This document shows positions 39,102 to 50,060 of a stretch of DNA of 64,000 nucleotides, piece by piece. The notes under the pieces are model-generated. The model did no database searches. It saw only the letters and a program-made list of their open reading frames with translations, and was not told where the DNA came from. Source of the stretch: an uncultured Thermoprotei archaeon (GTDB lineage: Archaea; Thermoproteota; Thermoprotei; Thermofilales; B15-G2). Every line of letters begins with the position of its first letter. Position 1 is the stretch's first letter. The translations under genes and the position numbers were made by a program. The DNA lies in the NCBI GenBank assembly GCA_965367815.1, contig CBDUKN010000003.1, positions 103,649-167,648 of the forward strand, written 5' to 3'.

Positions 39102-41156
39102 ATGGGTTTAAAGAAAAATCCGGGAATGCTCTACATTCTAGTATCCTTTGTACCGTGGATTATATACTGGATTCTCTGCGGCATGGGCTACAAACTAGGC
39201 ATCCTACTTTCCCTGATGTTTTCATTATTTCTCATAATACTTCAGGCTTATAAAAGAGAATTCTATTTAATGGACATAGTTTCTCTACTCTACTTTAGTA
39301 TAGCGGCAGTAGCTACGTTTGCTTGGGGCTCGAGTATTTTTGTTGAGAAAAGCGGCGCACTAGGATACTTTACTCTGTTCCTTATGGCCGTTTTTCCATA
39401 ATTATAGGAAAACCTTTCACCCTCCAAGCCTCTAAGAGAGACTACCCTGAAATATACTGTGGAAGCAAGCCCTTCCTACAGGTCAATTCTCTGATTACTG
39501 GCGTTTGGGCAGCAGTATTTTTAGCGAATACAGTAGTGTACTTAATTGTCGCTGAGCCTTTCTCAGTCATATTATCTAATATTCTAGTAGTCGCGGGAAC
39601 AGTTTTCTCAATAGTTTTCCCACTTAAAGCTTCCGCTTATCTTGCCTCAAGAGAATTCAAGAAATACGACTGGAAAGTATAAACGAAGAAAGGCAGACGT
39701 AGAGGCGAACAAAACTACGATGTCATAGTTGTAGGCTCAGGAATAGGAGGATTGACCTGCGGAGCACTATTAGCTAAAAAGGGATTCAAGGTCCTCGTAC
39801 TAGAATACCACTATCAAGTAGGAGGCTACTGCTCTTCTTTCAGCAGAAAAGGCTTCATCTTTAATACTGGAGTAGAAGATGTAAGCGGACTCTGGGATAA
39901 GGGTCCAGTAAATTATTTGCTTCAACAGCTTGGACTGCACAAAGAAGACTTATTCGTTAGAAATACTGTGAGCTATATTTATAGGAATGAAAGAATAGAG
40001 GCTTCGAATTTAAGAGAGTTTATTGAAAGGCTTTTGCAAATGTTTCCGAGCGAGGAAGACAATATTCGTAGATTCTTCAGTGAAGCAAAAGAAGCATACA
40101 TAGAGTGCTACAAGGAAGTAGATGTATATGGAGTACCTCTCCCAGCATGGCTCATAGTCAAGGTTTTTGGAGAAAAGAAGCTACTAGACTATCCTAAAGA
40201 ACACCCACATTTCTACGACTGGATGAATAAAACGTATAAAGAGAAGCTAGACGAGTTCTTCACCGACCCGAACTTGAAGACAGTTCTCTGCGGACTACTA
40301 GGCTATATTGGAACCAAGCCAGAAGAAACCCCTGCGTCGTCAGCACTGACGGCAGCTGTATCATACTATCTTCACGGCGGATACTTTCCTAAAGGCGGTG
40401 CACAAAACTACGCTAATACACTGAAAAAGGTTATCGAAGAGTATGGAGGCACTGTTTTAATAAAACACAAAGTAGATAGAATTATAGTAGAGAACAGAGA
40501 AGTAAAGGGAGTAGTTTCACGCAATAGAGTCTTCAAAGCTCCTATTGTAGTAGCCAACGCAAACGCCAAGACCGTTTTCCTAGAGCTAGTTGAAGAAAAA
40601 CACTTAGGCAGAAAGTACGTAGAGTACATTAAAAGCCTTAAAATGTCTCCATCATGCTCTATGGTGTTCCTAGGCGTAGACATGGATTTGTCGCACTACC
40701 CTACTCTACTGAAAAAACCTTGATGAAGGCTACGAAATAGTAATCAACTCTAATGCAGACCCCAGTCTAGCTCCTCTAGGTAAGGCGAGCTTAACAATAA
40801 TAACTGGTGCAAACTACTATGATTTTCCAGTAAGAGGAACACCAGAGTATATGGAGAAAAAGATGAAGACAGCGCAGCTTCTCGTAAAGAAAGCAGAGAA
40901 ACTAATACCGGGGTTAAGCAAACACATACTAGTACTAGACGCCGCGACACCAAAAACATTTGAGCGCTATACTCTGATGCCTGAAGGAGCAATATACTCT
41001 TTCGACCAGTCAATAAAAACTAGAAGACCATATTTCAAGACTCCAGTAAAGGGACTGTACTTAGCTAGTGCATCAACATTTCCTGGAGGAGGAATAGAAG
41101 CAGTCACAATAGCGGGAATAATATGCGCCCACGATATATGCGACTGGAAACTATAG
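39102..41156 (+). pseudogene. Membrane domain fused to a phytoene-desaturase-like FAD oxidoreductase, three lesions
   Basis: Frameshift at the T run 39391-39395, in-frame TAA at 39680, frameshift at the A run 40712-40717; YDVIVVGSGIGGL, ATPKTFERYT..GAIY, GLYLASASTFPGGG. Confidence 0.85.
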
Positions 41157-41235
41157 TATAGGGCTAAAGAATTATAAAATATTCTTCGAACAATAGTAGT
41201 GGCCAGGTCTCTCAGCGGAGACCAACGTACTTTTT

Positions 41236-42975
41236 CTAAATGAGTCTGTGTATTTCCGCTATTTTCTCTGGAGATACTTTCCATTTTCTGTCATACGTCA
41301 TGTAGCCGTTTAACTCGCCTTCAATATCGTAGAGCTGAGTATAGCAGAAGCCGGCTAGCACCTTTATTTTACTCATAGCCTCTACGATATCCCTATACTT
41401 GCTGAGAAACTCGAACTCGTCTTCAAGCAGCGGACCATAGTGGAAGAGAGGGCGGCTTACTAGAGGCTTGTAGCCTTTAATACCCCATCCACCCCACTCA
41501 CTTATTACTATAGGCTGTCCTCTGTATTCATGGCCTCTAGCCATAAGAGGATGGTGCGGAGAGTAAGGTTCTTTCTTTTCGCTAAAGTATTTTTCCCACT
41601 TTCTGCGCCACTCTTCGCCAGTCATATTGGCCATAGAGTAGTCATGAATATCAACAACATCGGTTACCTTAGTGTGACAGTACCCACTATTATCTACAAC
41701 AAGCCTAGTGGGATCAAGTTCTTTCAGCCTCTTCACTATAGTTACAATAAACTGCTGCTCGCCGGGATTATCGTAAATAGTGTATCTTTCATTGAAAGGC
41801 ACCCAGGCTATAATAGAGGGGTGATTAAAGTCCCTCAAAACAATATCTTTTACTTCTTGCCAGAAAGGCTCGAGATTCTTTTCGATAAGACTCATTCCTG
41901 TATCAGGCATTTCTTCCCACACTAGCACACCTAATTTATCGCACCAATAGAAGTACCTAGGATCCTCTGGCTTCTGGTGTTTCCTAACGCCATTTAAGCC
42001 CAGCTTAAGAACTGCTTCAACATCTTTCCTCAAATCAGCGTCGGATGGAGCAGTATAGATTCCGTCAGGAAAATAGCCTTGATCTAAAGCAAATTTCAAG
42101 AAGTACTCCTTGCTGTTAATTAGAATCTTTTGATTCTTAACCTTAATTTCTCTTAAACCAAAGTACCCTTTAACTTCGTCTAAAACCTCGCAGTTCCTCA
42201 TGATTCTCAAAACAAGGCGATACAAGTCAGGTGACTCAGGATACCATAGCTTAGCATAAGGTATATGGACACTGAGCACTATTTTCTTTCCGGATACCTT
42301 GCTAGAAGTCTCGGCGACTACAGCTCCAGCAAAAAGAACTTTTGCTTCAAGCACAGCGCCGGGCAGAGGATTATTGACGTAAACCTCGATTCTTGCTTCA
42401 GATTTCTCTACATCAGGGAAAACTCTATAGTACTCGATAAAGCAGTCTCCTACAAACTCGAGCCAAACAGTCTGCCAAATACCAGTAACTTTCATGTAGA
42501 GGCAGCCTCGAGGATGAAGCCTTGCATCCTGCTTCCCTCTAGGCTGATCACCATGTCTATCAACTACTCTTACAACAAGAGTATTTTCTTCCCGAATAAC
42601 GTCAGTTACATCGAAGTAGAAGGGACTGTAGCCTCCTCTATGGAAACCAACATACTTACCGTTAACCCATACTTTAGCCTCATAGTCTACAGCTCCAAAC
42701 TTAAGTAAAACTCTCTTAGACAAGTATTCCTCGGGAACACAGAACTTCCTCTTATACCACACTATGTCATGGGGCATAGGGTCATTTATTCCGCTGAGCT
42801 TACTCTGGTAAGGATAAGGGACAACAATTTTCCTACTGAAGTCTTTTCCAAGAAACCATTTCTCTGACTCTCCTAAATCATAGTCGTCGAACTCGAATTC
42901 CCACACACCATTCAAGTTAATCCAGTTCTTCCTCTCGAAATCGGGGCGAGGAAACTCGGGCCTAGGAATACTCAC
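41236..42975 (-). CDS. Glycoside hydrolase family 2 (beta-galactosidase/glucuronidase-like)
   Basis: PRPEFPRPDF, LNGVWEF, FGAVDY, GIWQTVWLE, LDQGYFPDG, NHPSIIAWVPFNE, ISEWGG, GFCYTQLYDIE. Confidence 0.93.
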   Translation of the reverse strand: MSIPRPEFPRPDFERKNWINLNGVWEFEFDDYDLGESEKWFLGKDFSRKIVVPYPYQSKLSGINDPMPHDIVWYKRKFCVPEEYLSKRVLLKFGAVDYEAKVWVNGKYVGFHRGGYSPFYFDVTDVIREENTLVVRVVDRHGDQPRGKQDARLHPRGCLYMKVTGIWQTVWLEFVGDCFIEYYRVFPDVEKSEARIEVYVNNPLPGAVLEAKVLFAGAVVAETSSKVSGKKIVLSVHIPYAKLWYPESPDLYRLVLRIMRNCEVLDEVKGYFGLREIKVKNQKILINSKEYFLKFALDQGYFPDGIYTAPSDADLRKDVEAVLKLGLNGVRKHQKPEDPRYFYWCDKLGVLVWEEMPDTGMSLIEKNLEPFWQEVKDIVLRDFNHPSIIAWVPFNERYTIYDNPGEQQFIVTIVKRLKELDPTRLVVDNSGYCHTKVTDVVDIHDYSMANMTGEEWRRKWEKYFSEKKEPYSPHHPLMARGHEYRGQPIVISEWGGWGIKGYKPLVSRPLFHYGPLLEDEFEFLSKYRDIVEAMSKIKVLAGFCYTQLYDIEGELNGYMTYDRKWKVSPEKIAEIHRLI

Positions 42976-43048
42976 AGAAAACTATGCTGAAGAAAACATA
43001 AAATACTACTGTCACTAAACACTTATTCCACGGAAGCTAGTTATTATC

Positions 43049-43855
43049 GTGAGCTTACTCAAAGAAATATTCGGTGTAGAAAAACCTCTAATAGGAGTAG
43101 TACACTTACTGCCTCTACCCGGTTCTCCTCGCTGGAACTACAGTATGGAAAAAGTACTTGAGAGAGCACTCCAAGACGCCGAAGCCTACGAGAAAGGAGG
43201 ATTCGATGGAATAATCATAGAGAACTACGGAGACGCACCCTACTACCCAGATAAAGTAGATCCAGCTACAGTAGCAGCAATAACCCGCGTAGCCACACTT
43301 ATCGCCGAGAAAATAGAGATACCTTTCGGAATAAACGTTCTCAGAAACGACGCCGAAGCAGCACTAGCAATAGCCTACGTAACAGGAGGCCGCTTCATAA
43401 GAGTAAACGTTCTCACAGAACCCGTAGCAGCAGACCAGGGAATAATACAGGGGAAAGCTCACCTCCTTCAGCGCTACCGAAAACTGCTGGGAGCCGATCA
43501 GGTAAAAATATTCGCAGACGTACACGTCAAACACGCGTACCCATTCATGAAAAGGCCGATAACAGAGTCGGCGAAAGACACTGTCTACAGAGGACTAGCA
43601 GACGCACTAATAGTAACAGGACGAAAAACAGGTTCACCACCATCACCAATAAAAGCAGAGAAAGTAAAAAAGGCTGTACCACAAGTACCCGTCCTTGTTG
43701 GGAGCGGAGTAAATGAAAACAATATTATACAGTACCTACAGGTGTGCGACGGAGTAATCGTAGGCACAAGCCTCAAAATAGACAATAAAACAGAAAATCC
43801 AGTAGACTTAAATAAAGTCAAAAAACTAGTAAAGAAAGCTAATCAAGTAAGATAA
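43049..43855 (+). CDS. btpA: BtpA/SgcQ family TIM-barrel protein
   Basis: IGVVHLLPLPGSP, IIENYGDAP, GINVLRND, FADVHVKHA, ADALIVTG. Confidence 0.92.
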   Translation: MSLLKEIFGVEKPLIGVVHLLPLPGSPRWNYSMEKVLERALQDAEAYEKGGFDGIIIENYGDAPYYPDKVDPATVAAITRVATLIAEKIEIPFGINVLRNDAEAALAIAYVTGGRFIRVNVLTEPVAADQGIIQGKAHLLQRYRKLLGADQVKIFADVHVKHAYPFMKRPITESAKDTVYRGLADALIVTGRKTGSPPSPIKAEKVKKAVPQVPVLVGSGVNENNIIQYLQVCDGVIVGTSLKIDNKTENPVDLNKVKKLVKKANQVR

Positions 43856-43936
43856 AATCTCCAGCTAACAATCTTAATACCATGAAATATTTTTAAAGCA
43901 GTCCACTAAATACTAAACAAATACTGGTGTAGAATT

Positions 43937-44332
43937 GTGTCACATAAAGAAGAAGTAGAGCTAATAAAAAGAAGAAGTCTAAGAATGCTAGAATACGCGA
44001 AAAAATGTTTATCCACGGGAGACTATGATCTTGCCTCATTTCTAGCAGAACAAGCAGCTCAGCTTTACTTAAAGTCAGTACTCCTAAAAACTACAGGTGA
44101 AATGCCGAGAACTCATGTAATAAGACAGCTGTTTCACGCATTAAGAGAACTAGCTAAAAATAAAGAACAAATAGACGAGTTTGTACGTAAAAACAGGAGA
44201 CTTCTTATAGGACTCGAAGAAGCCTACTTAGCCACAAGATACTTCTACAGAGTATACGAAAAAGAAGAAGCAGAGGAGCTAGTAAAATTCGCTGAAAAGG
44301 TGATAAAAATTGCTAAAAATATTGAAGTCTAG
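43937..44332 (+). CDS. HEPN-domain protein
   Basis: YDLASFLAEQAAQLYLK, PRTH, LEEAYLATRY; paired with an MNT gene. Confidence 0.9.
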   Translation: MSHKEEVELIKRRSLRMLEYAKKCLSTGDYDLASFLAEQAAQLYLKSVLLKTTGEMPRTHVIRQLFHALRELAKNKEQIDEFVRKNRRLLIGLEEAYLATRYFYRVYEKEEAEELVKFAEKVIKIAKNIEV

Positions 44333-44657
44333 GCTCGAACTAATCAAGCTAGCTGCCCAGTGGAAATACTGGTCGAAAAAAATAGCTGAAGCAGCTAAAG
44401 AACTGCTCGAAGACTGCGAAGTCTACGTATTTGGTAGCATAGTAGAAGGCGAAGCTGTCGGAGGAAGCGACGTAGACATACTCATTATATCAAATAAAGT
44501 ACCTTCAAAGGCTAAAGAAAAATGGAAACTAAAAGCCGAATTAGAAGAGAAAGCAGGATTACCTCTTTACCATCCCTATGAAATACACTTGGTTAACAGA
44601 AAAGAAGCCGAGTGGTACATGAAACATATTAAAAAGAAAATTCTAGTAGAAATCTAA
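44310..44657 (+). CDS. Minimal nucleotidyltransferase (MNT)
   Basis: VYVFGSIVEG..SDVDILI; GGTGA before TTG 44310. Confidence 0.9.
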   Translation: MLKILKSRLELIKLAAQWKYWSKKIAEAAKELLEDCEVYVFGSIVEGEAVGGSDVDILIISNKVPSKAKEKWKLKAELEEKAGLPLYHPYEIHLVNRKEAEWYMKHIKKKILVEI

Positions 44658-45159
44658 ACTAGACCAAAACTTCTTTAATGAATTCACATAAAGATATTCT
44701 CTTAAGTAGATAGAATTAGAGAAAACATAAGAGTAAATCAGTATAAATAATGTAGTAAAGAAAGAAGCTGCTAATAGCAGAAAACACCTTAAACTAGAAT
44801 AGAATTAATTTAAGATAAAAACATATAAAAAATTATCTAATAAGTATTAAACATTTTATTTTTAAATTAAGATTTCTCTTAGTACTTACTATACAACTGA
44901 TTATTTCATTGGATTGTTTTAATATCTATGTGTTTGTCCGATAATGTAATAGATTTATTTGTGACATAATTAGCTAGCATAGATAATAATATTAAGAGGT
45001 ATATTTACATATAATGTTTATTTTTAAAAATGATTATAAAAGAAAAGAATATTATTAAATAGTAATTAAGAATAATATAATATATGGTAGAATAGAAAAA
45101 TTTATAAATTTCTAGATTTTTTGCTTTAAGAGAAATATGAGGCTAAGCTTAAAAAGATA

Positions 45160-47250
45160 TTGACACCAGTAGTGATGCTGCTCCTAGTAGCTGGCTTAGT
45201 GTGTCTAGCACCTAATGTTTCTTCGCTAACTCATAGAAAAGAAAAAATTAGAAATAAATGTAGCAGTGTAGGTCTCACATATAGGTACAGTACGGTGTAT
45301 GTGTATAAAGATGCTGGCTATCTGCCCTCAAATTCTCCTAAAACAACTTCACTTACAGTAAATATTCCGTCGACAGCCTCAACAGGCGTAAAATATATCT
45401 ATGTAAAAGCCTATAGCGGAAGCTACTATGATACGCGTAGCTTTAAACTAACAGTATATTCTTCGGGTTTTGTACTTTCTGCTTCGCCTAGCACTCTTTC
45501 AATAGGTCAAGGAAGCTCTGCTACGACAACACTTAAAGTAATAAAAATAGGAAACTACAATAAGCAAGTTACATTCGGTATACAGAGCGCTCCCAGCGGA
45601 ATATCCGTGTCATTCAATCCCTCGTCAGTTACTCCTACAGCGAGTACTACAGCGACAATAAATGCTGCTTCTTCAGTTTCGCCTGGAACATACAATATTA
45701 TTATAAAGGCCTTAGGTGCAGATGGTAAATACGCTATTAAAACTATAAAAGTAAATGTAGTGGCGTCAGGCTTCACTTTATCCTGTAATCCCTTAAGCGT
45801 AACAGTTTACCAAGGAGCTTCAACTACACTCGCCTTAACGGTAACTAAAATCGGCACATATAGTAAGCAAGTATCTTTTAGTCTTCAGTCGGCTCCAAGC
45901 GGTATTACAGCTTCATTTAGCCCCTCAACAGTAACACCTAGTGCCTCAGCTACAGTAACAATACATGTAGCTTCCTCAGTTTCGCCTGGAACATACAATA
46001 TTGTCATAAAAGCTATGGGAGCAGATGGAAAAATAGCAACGACTACAATTACTATTACAGTTAAAGTGAAGCCATTTGATTTCACTATATCAGTTTCACC
46101 GTCAAGCACTCAAGTAAATAAAGGGGACTCAGCTACAGCAACAATAACTCTAACACTTACTAGCGGATCAGGTAAACCCATAACCCTTTCGCTAACAGGA
46201 ATACCTGCTGGAACCTATACTTTCAATCCCAGTACAGTCACACCAACAGGATCTTCTGTCTTAACTATAAATACTGCCCCACTCAACGAAGGAACATACA
46301 TCATAACAATTAAAGCTACTTACGGAAGCTTAACGAAAACAGCTACACTTACTCTAAAAGTAGTAGGCTTCGATTACTCCTTAAGTGTCTCGCCGTCAAG
46401 TATAGAAGTAGAGCAAGGATCATCTGCATCAGTAACAGTCAAACTAACACTTCTAAAAGGCTCGGGTGAAACTGTATCACTCTCACTTGAAGGCCTGCCG
46501 AGCGGAGCAACATACTCCTTCAGCCCCTCGACAGTAACACCTACAGGAACATCTACACTGACAATAAACACTGGTACGGCAAACAAGGGAACCTATACTA
46601 TTATGGTCAAAGCAATCAGTACAAGTGGAGTAACTAAAACAGCTACTCTAGTATTGAAGGTTAAAGAGAAGTCAAAGTGTATTATTGCTACAGTTACTTA
46701 CGGCAGCGAAGTAGCAGACGAAGTACAGGTATTGAGGAATTTCAGAGACCATATAGTCTTATCTACGTACGCTGGCAGCTGCTTCTACGTAGCATTCAAC
46801 AACTTCTACTACAGCTGGAGCCCCTACGTAGCCTACTGGATACAAGCAAACCCATGGATCAAACCACTATTCAAAGCATTAATCTACCCACTAATAGGAA
46901 CACTTCTCTTCGCAACAAGCCTAGTACATCCGCTGGCAGCGCTAAGCTCCGAGCTAGTAGTCTACGCAGCCGGAACAGTAATCTCAACACTACTAGGCTT
47001 AATCTATGTAGCTCCAGTAACACTTATAGTATTCCACTATAGACGCAAATGGTTCAAAGAGTCAGTAGCAAAGAAACTTCTCTTAGCTACTACAGCGACA
47101 CTGGCTATCTGTATTACGGCACAAGTACTAGTACTGAGCCCTGTACTAGTAGTAGCAACATCACTCTACGTAATACTGTTAATAGCGCTAGCTGGCTACA
47201 CAACACCAATACTAGCGAGTAGGCTGGTAAACAAATATAAACACAAATAA
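45160..47250 (+). CDS. Surface protein with tandem Ig-like repeats and a CFI-box-CTERM-like C-terminal membrane domain (5' end possibly damaged)
   Basis: Hydrophobic N-terminus, four ~100-aa S/T-rich repeats (F.LS.SP..PSTVTP..GTY.I.IKA), CIIATVTYGSE..EVQVLRNFRD..FYYSWSP, then TM helices. Confidence 0.85.
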   Translation: MTPVVMLLLVAGLVCLAPNVSSLTHRKEKIRNKCSSVGLTYRYSTVYVYKDAGYLPSNSPKTTSLTVNIPSTASTGVKYIYVKAYSGSYYDTRSFKLTVYSSGFVLSASPSTLSIGQGSSATTTLKVIKIGNYNKQVTFGIQSAPSGISVSFNPSSVTPTASTTATINAASSVSPGTYNIIIKALGADGKYAIKTIKVNVVASGFTLSCNPLSVTVYQGASTTLALTVTKIGTYSKQVSFSLQSAPSGITASFSPSTVTPSASATVTIHVASSVSPGTYNIVIKAMGADGKIATTTITITVKVKPFDFTISVSPSSTQVNKGDSATATITLTLTSGSGKPITLSLTGIPAGTYTFNPSTVTPTGSSVLTINTAPLNEGTYIITIKATYGSLTKTATLTLKVVGFDYSLSVSPSSIEVEQGSSASVTVKLTLLKGSGETVSLSLEGLPSGATYSFSPSTVTPTGTSTLTINTGTANKGTYTIMVKAISTSGVTKTATLVLKVKEKSKCIIATVTYGSEVADEVQVLRNFRDHIVLSTYAGSCFYVAFNNFYYSWSPYVAYWIQANPWIKPLFKALIYPLIGTLLFATSLVHPLAALSSELVVYAAGTVISTLLGLIYVAPVTLIVFHYRRKWFKESVAKKLLLATTATLAICITAQVLVLSPVLVVATSLYVILLIALAGYTTPILASRLVNKYKHK
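45673..46002 (+). repeat. Intragenic direct repeat between Ig-like repeats 1 and 2
   Basis: TCAGTTTCGCCTGGAACATACAATATT is identical at 45673-45699 and 45976-46002 (303 nt apart). Confidence 0.9.
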
Positions 47251-47358
47251 ATACTCTAAAATATTTTTACAATTTTAAATATATTTTCTAAAATATTAAA
47301 CTAGTCAAACTAATTTATTTTCCGTTAAGCAAGGTAGCTGGGCTTCAGACAATTTTAT

Positions 47359-47763
47359 ATGTTTTCTCACGTAAGTATGCTTGAGAAAATGAAAAATGAG
47401 CAAGACGAGTATCTTCAAAAACTGACAATAATGTATACAGCGCAGACTCTAGCAGAGTGGATCAATAAAGAGTGGAGCCGCCTAGGAGGCAGAAAAACTG
47501 AAAGCAGAAACTTATCAACTTTAGAAATACTGCTATTTCCATTTCTAATACCTCTGTGCCTCTTTTTAGAACCCTCTTCTAGTGAACCGCCAGAAGAAGT
47601 ACACGACGAAGAAGAATGGGAAGAAGAGGAAGAATGGTACTTCAGCATAATATGTTATAAACAGCAATACTTCTATGAAGTAGCAAAAAACATAACATCT
47701 AGAAACGAGGAACTAGAAGACGAAATAATAGTCAAAGACGTAACACAGCAGTACTTGTACTAA
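47359..47763 (+). CDS. Hypothetical protein with a hydrophobic segment and an acidic run
   Basis: 134-aa ORF; ILLFPFLIPLCLFL followed by EEVHDEEEWEEEEEW. Confidence 0.45.
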   Translation: MFSHVSMLEKMKNEQDEYLQKLTIMYTAQTLAEWINKEWSRLGGRKTESRNLSTLEILLFPFLIPLCLFLEPSSSEPPEEVHDEEEWEEEEEWYFSIICYKQQYFYEVAKNITSRNEELEDEIIVKDVTQQYLY

Positions 47764-47896
47764 ATATAACTCTATAGAAAACTAACCTACTTAAGCAAAA
47801 TATAGACTTAACTATATTTACTCGTAAAATAAATAAAAATATTTGCATACAAGAAAAATATTAAGTATCATGAAAACAATAGATTACACATTACTT

Positions 47897-48148
47897 TCAA
47901 AAAACATTCTCTAACTTGCGCTTCAGTGTTTCAAGTCTTTCTCTTCTCTCAGGGATTTTATCTAAAAGAAAATTAATGGAATTTCTTTCAACATCATCAA
48001 TAACACTCCAAACATCAGCCGAAGAAACTTCACCGCGCTCAACCATGTTCACTAAAGTTTCTACAACCCAGTTCAATGAAACACTTTTTCCAACACCCCT
48101 AACATAGTCTAAAATAATACCCTCAACTCTCCTATGAAAACTACCCAT
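47897..48148 (-). CDS. Small hypothetical protein
   Basis: 83-aa ORF with GTGGTG before the ATG and plausible helical composition. Confidence 0.55.
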   Translation of the reverse strand: MGSFHRRVEGIILDYVRGVGKSVSLNWVVETLVNMVERGEVSSADVWSVIDDVERNSINFLLDKIPERRERLETLKRKLENVF

Positions 48149-48451
48149 AGCACACCACTTACTCTATAGTAAGGCTACATAGGTATTAAAATGTTCACCA
48201 AAATTCCCGAAACTTCTCCAATAACTATGAAACTATTTCTAAAAATATTCTCCTTAAACACATAATTCTGCCTTGTAATAAGCTATCAATAGACATATTG
48301 CGCGATTAAAGCAAACTATAGTATCGAAAAACACTTAAAACAAGAACAAACAGGTCCTATAGACAGTAAGAGAAACGAAAGTAGCGTAGCCACTACTCAA
48401 ATTAGCTAAATGAAGTTAAAGCGTACTCCAAACAGTATTTCTCGACTTCAA

Positions 48452-49507
48452 TTACAAGGCACGGCTAGCAATTACAGGTATACAAAGCTCTTCCTTGAAT
48501 ACCCACTTCTTGCCTTCAACGTACTTCCAGAACCATGGAGCCACTTTCCTCATATCAGTGCTCGACTGAATGAAGCAGCCGTAAGGCATCTCTACATCAA
48601 AGCCTTCGGCCTCACGCATAATATACTCATCATAATTGCACGGGAACTGGCCTACAACTAGCGCCTTATCAACATCAATTATAGCTGAAAACGCGCCAGG
48701 AAGCTGGCACAAAATTCTAGCGAAAACTGGGGCATCTTTTCCTTCGAAGTAAAGAAGTCTAACTGGAATAATCTTCATGTTAGCGAAAACTAAAGCCGTG
48801 TTTCCTCGCCATATAGCTTTAACATGTCTAGTAAAGTGGTAGCTGAGAACTTGTTCAGAGACTTCAGGTAAACTTGGATCCTTCTTTCTAGCCTCCTTGT
48901 ATATCGTAAGAGGCCTAGCAAAAGGATTTCTCATTCGACCCTGAAGAAGAACTAAATCATAAACATCCGGAGCTTTGAGTCCATTATCCCATTTTTCAAC
49001 AGGATATTCGTACAGTCTTCGAACTCGCTCAAAATCAAATTCAGGAAGTATAGCTCCTGTCTGTGGATCATACTTAGAAAGAGGACTTAGCGGAGACCAC
49101 CTCAAGTACTCATAGCCTTCAACCACTATTAAGGGCTCGCTTTCAAAGTAATCAATATACTTTCTAACTAAAGGAGGCGGAACTAGAGCTACTATCAAAG
49201 TATATGAACCTACATTATAGACATCCCTAACTGTTGTAGTGAAAGGAGGAGCCCTCCTAATATTTAGCTTAGGAAAAATTGCCGCCAACATTAATAGATT
49301 AGTTTTCTTTAAATCAATCAGAAACTTAAACTGCCCCTTCCTACGAAAGTTATACAACATCCTATGAAGAGTAGAAATAGAAAGCCCGCTTATTCTCGCT
49401 GCTTCACGTAAACTCCAAGCCTTAGTGGCGGCTTTCATAAACTTCCATTCGTTCTGCTTTACTCTAGGTAATAATTCTGCGAATCCTTCTTTTGTAATCT
49501 TACTCAT
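48452..49507 (-). CDS. HTH transcriptional regulator with a duplicated HTH-like organisation
   Basis: SLREAARISGLSISTLHRML HTH; second HTH-like segment DVYDLVLLQ..SEQVLSYHFTRHV; likely start MSKITK at 49507 rather than 49639. Confidence 0.75.
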   Translation of the reverse strand: MSKITKEGFAELLPRVKQNEWKFMKAATKAWSLREAARISGLSISTLHRMLYNFRRKGQFKFLIDLKKTNLLMLAAIFPKLNIRRAPPFTTTVRDVYNVGSYTLIVALVPPPLVRKYIDYFESEPLIVVEGYEYLRWSPLSPLSKYDPQTGAILPEFDFERVRRLYEYPVEKWDNGLKAPDVYDLVLLQGRMRNPFARPLTIYKEARKKDPSLPEVSEQVLSYHFTRHVKAIWRGNTALVFANMKIIPVRLLYFEGKDAPVFARILCQLPGAFSAIIDVDKALVVGQFPCNYDEYIMREAEGFDVEMPYGCFIQSSTDMRKVAPWFWKYVEGKKWVFKEELCIPVIASRAL

Positions 49508-49583
49508 AAGTGATATAATATAGAAAACAAAGAAAAAATTTACCCTAGCGGTCAAAATAATAAGATGCCAATATTCTACTCCC

Positions 49584-49754
49584 TCAAGGAGTTGGATCTG
49601 GTGAAGGATCAGGATCTCCAGGAAGTTCTGGTCCGTCACTTGTAGCTACAACGACATGACCAGTAAATATGAAAACTAAGACTAGTAGAGCTACGATGAA
49701 TCTAGGATTGCTAAGTAGTTTCTTCGCCATTAACAGTAGAGCTTCTTTCTTCAT
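49584..49754 (-). CDS. 56-aa secreted pro-peptide (not in the ORF track)
   Basis: MKKEALLLMAKKLLSNPRFIVALLVLVFIFTGHVVVATSDGPELPGDPDPSPDPTP; GTGGT ribosome site, TTTAAATA at 49792-49785, T-rich tract downstream. Confidence 0.75.
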   Translation of the reverse strand: MKKEALLLMAKKLLSNPRFIVALLVLVFIFTGHVVVATSDGPELPGDPDPSPDPTP

Positions 49755-50060
49755 ATTTACCACAAATATCTTTTCCCAAAAACCTATTTAAATTTGAGTA
49801 TGATCTGAAATAAAGCATCAAAAAGGAACAAACACAAAACTAGCAGAGCTTCAAACATGCGGCAAAACACTAGTAATAAACCCAAAATAAGCCCCTAATC
49901 AAACAAAGCAAGCCCTGAACAAACTCAAACCCTAAAACCCAAAAAATATACAATAATACTTCGATGGCAATTATTCAAGAAAAAATAGTCAAAAAGCTGC
50001 TGAAAATCTAGTTGAAGAAACTAAGAATTCATTTATTATCTAAAGACATCTAGGTAAACT

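Noticed and set aside
49508-49639. N-terminal extension of the 395-aa regulator ORF
   Set aside because: It overlaps the better-supported peptide ORF and a T-rich intergenic tract; ATG 49507 is the more plausible start
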